A stretch of DNA of 20,000 nt from an uncultured virus (IMG/VR IMGVR_UViG_3300032326_001218). Its lineage: Duplodnaviria > Heunggongvirae > Uroviricota > Caudoviricetes. The stretch lies in IMG/VR virus record IMGVR_UViG_3300032326_001218. The stretch is one strand, 5' to 3'. The notes beneath the pieces were generated by a model that did no database searches, was not told the DNA's origin, and saw only the letters and a list, made by a program, of their open reading frames with translations. The translations under genes were made by a program, and so were the position numbers. How positions within the stretch are numbered: position 1 is the stretch's first letter; each line of letters opens with the position of its first letter. Of this stretch, positions 18,202 to 20,000 are shown piece after piece.

Positions 18202-19248
18202 ATGATTTTATTAGAATCTCTTTTAAACGAAATTTCAAACTGGACGGCTATTAAAAAAAATAGTGGTAAGCTTGTTTCTTTTATGAGTAAACAAAATAGA
18301 GATGCTGCAATAAAAAAAGGCACACATGTTGACTCAAAAACAAATAAACCGGTTAAGAAAAAGAAACCGGTCATCACCAAAAAACCAGTTGGTAAACCCA
18401 TAGCACCTAGTGGTTTTAGAGTTAATAAAAAAGAAGAACCACTCAAATCTCCCAAAGTACCTATAAAAAGTAGAACGTTAGATACAATAGCTAATCTATA
18501 TGATAATATGATTGGTAGATGGACTGGTGAAAAACAAAAATCCGTTCTTAAAATAGAAAAAGCTGCAATTAAAAAACAAGGAGAATGGGTAAAAAACTTA
18601 ATAAAAAATGATGTGGATGTAGACAAGTATGATACCATAATGTATAATTGGCAAAATAGGGCAGATAAGGGTTCATTGAAATCAATAGATAAACTTCTTA
18701 AAAATTATCCACCACCAGCAATTGAAACAAAAGAACCCATATATAGAGGTATTATTGTTTCAAAATCGGAATATTCAAAATTATTAGAAGATTTTAATAA
18801 TAAAAAAAGTATTAAATTACCAATTAGTTCATTTACAACATCTTTTGAAACAGCAGCAGATTTTGCTAATCCAATAGAACATCCACTAATGATAAAAACA
18901 GGTGATAAACCATATTCTGTTGTTTTTAGAGTTAAAAGTGAATGTGATAAATTAAATGCATTTTCTATGAATAGTAATATTGCATCTAAACGATTAAAAG
19001 ATACGGTAAAAGATTTTTCACATGAAAGTGAAATATTAATGCCATCCAATCAAAAATACAAAGTGGATAAAATAAATTATGTTAAATTTTCAGATAAAAA
19101 ATCATTTGCTAAAAGTATGGCATTTATTGATTTGGTTCAAACGTGTGCAAAAAATGAAGCAATTGAAGATGATATGGATTTGACAAATGATGAATTTTAT
19201 AAGAATATATTCCAAACACATATGAGACTAGATAAAAAGGGAGATTAA
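18202..19248 (+). CDS. ADP-ribosyltransferase (R-S-E clade; Alt/VIP2-like) with N-terminal leader module
   Basis: PIYRG (R at 18745), ISSFTTSFETAADFA, SVVFRV, and HESEILMP (E-x-E at 19024-19032) followed by KYKVDKI. Confidence 0.8.
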   Translation: MILLESLLNEISNWTAIKKNSGKLVSFMSKQNRDAAIKKGTHVDSKTNKPVKKKKPVITKKPVGKPIAPSGFRVNKKEEPLKSPKVPIKSRTLDTIANLYDNMIGRWTGEKQKSVLKIEKAAIKKQGEWVKNLIKNDVDVDKYDTIMYNWQNRADKGSLKSIDKLLKNYPPPAIETKEPIYRGIIVSKSEYSKLLEDFNNKKSIKLPISSFTTSFETAADFANPIEHPLMIKTGDKPYSVVFRVKSECDKLNAFSMNSNIASKRLKDTVKDFSHESEILMPSNQKYKVDKINYVKFSDKKSFAKSMAFIDLVQTCAKNEAIEDDMDLTNDEFYKNIFQTHMRLDKKGD

Positions 19249-19261
19249 TTCTCCCTTTTTT
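19234..19261 (+). terminator. Intrinsic terminator overlapping the ART stop codon
   Basis: AAAAAGGGAGA-ttaat-TCTCCCTTTTTT. Confidence 0.85.
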
Positions 19262-19262
19262 A

Positions 19263-19294
19263 TTTGGTATTGTAACATATTTTTCGTATATTTG
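19263..19294 (+). promoter_or_regulatory. Bacteroidota-type sigma-A promoter (distal SSB promoter)
   Basis: TTTG (19263-19266), 20-nt spacer, TATATTTG (19287-19294). Confidence 0.75.
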
Positions 19295-19341
19295 TTACAC
19301 ATTTAATAAGAAAATAGATGGAAATTTATCACAAAAAAAGA

Positions 19342-19373
19342 TTTGGAAATATCGGAAAATTGTTGTATATTTG
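19342..19373 (+). promoter_or_regulatory. Bacteroidota-type sigma-A promoter (proximal SSB promoter)
   Basis: TTTG (19342-19345), 20-nt spacer, TATATTTG (19366-19373). Confidence 0.75.
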
Positions 19374-19400
19374 TATTTCTATTATATTTATTAATGTAAC

Positions 19401-19479
19401 GGAAGTGTAGGAAAGACACTATAATCCAACCTTAAAACATAAACGTTTTAAACCTTAAACTCTTAAAACTTAAAAGAAA
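19401..19479 (+). promoter_or_regulatory. Putative gene-32-type autogenous translational operator (small hairpin plus TTAAA repeats)
   Basis: AGTGT/ACACT stem at 19404-19420, then five TTAAA copies (19432, 19448, 19455, 19463, 19470) in a G-poor tract up to the ATG. Confidence 0.6.
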
Positions 19480-20000
19480 ATGGCTATTAATTTAGACGCA
19501 ATTAAGAGCAGACTTAACAAACTGCAAAACACCCAAAGAACAACTGTAGAACTTTGGAAACCAGCACCGGGAAAACACACTATTCGTTTAGTCCCTTACA
19601 AATTCAACAAAGAGAATCCTTTCATTGAATTGTACTTTCACTACAACATTAACAACAAAACTTATCTATCTCCGATGTCATTCGGTAGACCTGACCCAAT
19701 TGTTGAGTTTGCTGACAAACTTAAAAGAATGGGTGATAAGGAAGATTGGAAAGCTGCTAAAAAAATGGAGCCGAAACTTAGAACTTTCGTACCAGTATTG
19801 GTAAGAGGTGAAGAAGGTGAAGGTGTAAAATTTTGGGGCTTTGGAAAAACTGTATATCAAGAGATTCTTGGTTATATGGCTGACCCTGATTACGGTGATA
19901 TTACTGACCCAAATGAAGGTAGAGATATTACTGTTGAAGTAGTATCAGCTGAAGACAGTGGTACTTCTTACCCTGTAACAACAATCCGTGTTAAACCAAA
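19480..20000 (+). CDS. T4 gp32-like single-stranded DNA-binding protein, 3'-partial (absent from the ORF track)
   Basis: Hand translation: MAINLDAIKSRL...LWKPAPGKHTIRLVP...PFIELYFHY...GRPDPIVEF...VRGEEGEGVKFWGFGKTVYQEIL...DITDPNEGRDITVE. The frame stays open to the window end. Confidence 0.88.
   Translation, partial: MAINLDAIKSRLNKLQNTQRTTVELWKPAPGKHTIRLVPYKFNKENPFIELYFHYNINNKTYLSPMSFGRPDPIVEFADKLKRMGDKEDWKAAKKMEPKLRTFVPVLVRGEEGEGVKFWGFGKTVYQEILGYMADPDYGDITDPNEGRDITVEVVSAEDSGTSYPVTTIRVKP

Noticed and set aside
19318..19410. 30-aa hydrophobic sORF MEIYHKKRFGNIGKLLYICISIIFINVTEV
   Set aside because: Its sequence is dictated by overlapping promoter boxes (TTTGG; GTATATTTG) in AT-rich DNA, and there is no independent coding evidence.
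19430..19476. Short repeats as a possible CRISPR array or iteron origin
   Set aside because: Units are only 5-8 nt with no unique spacers; they are better explained as a gene-32-type leader.
378..19860. All minus-strand ORFs in the track, and the +strand 69-aa ORF at 14660-14869
   Set aside because: They are shadows lying largely within longer, motif-bearing + strand genes and have no recognisable motifs or expression signals.
1..20000. Stop-codon reassignment, as seen in some large Bacteroidota phages
   Set aside because: Genes are full-length and tightly packed under code 11; TAG (15861) and TGA (10612) appear to act as ordinary stops.

Overview
AT-rich, densely coding window with all genes on the + strand and the standard genetic code. 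It comes from a large T4-like/jumbo contractile-tailed phage whose promoters and signal peptide point to a Bacteroidota host. Left half (1-9844): tail/baseplate module with tape measure, tube-like baseplate initiator, a 603-aa orphan, a LysM/gp53-like wedge, a hub, and a small conserved ORF. Middle: a complete phage tmRNA (9888-10275) with an unusually long 24-codon tag ending AVAA, a compact family-A polymerase-like gene, and a secreted non-specific endonuclease. Right half: a 1115-aa ParB plus PD-(D/E)xK-like protein, a hypothetical gene and GH19 endolysin behind a start-codon-sequestering hairpin, two adjacent proteins sharing a 31-aa N-terminal module fused to different cargoes (acidic tandem repeat; R-S-E ADP-ribosyltransferase flanked by a duplicated terminator), and the 5' part of a gp32-like SSB with a T4 gene-32-like TTAAA-repeat leader. 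All protein assignments are by-eye motif recognition; no searches were run.
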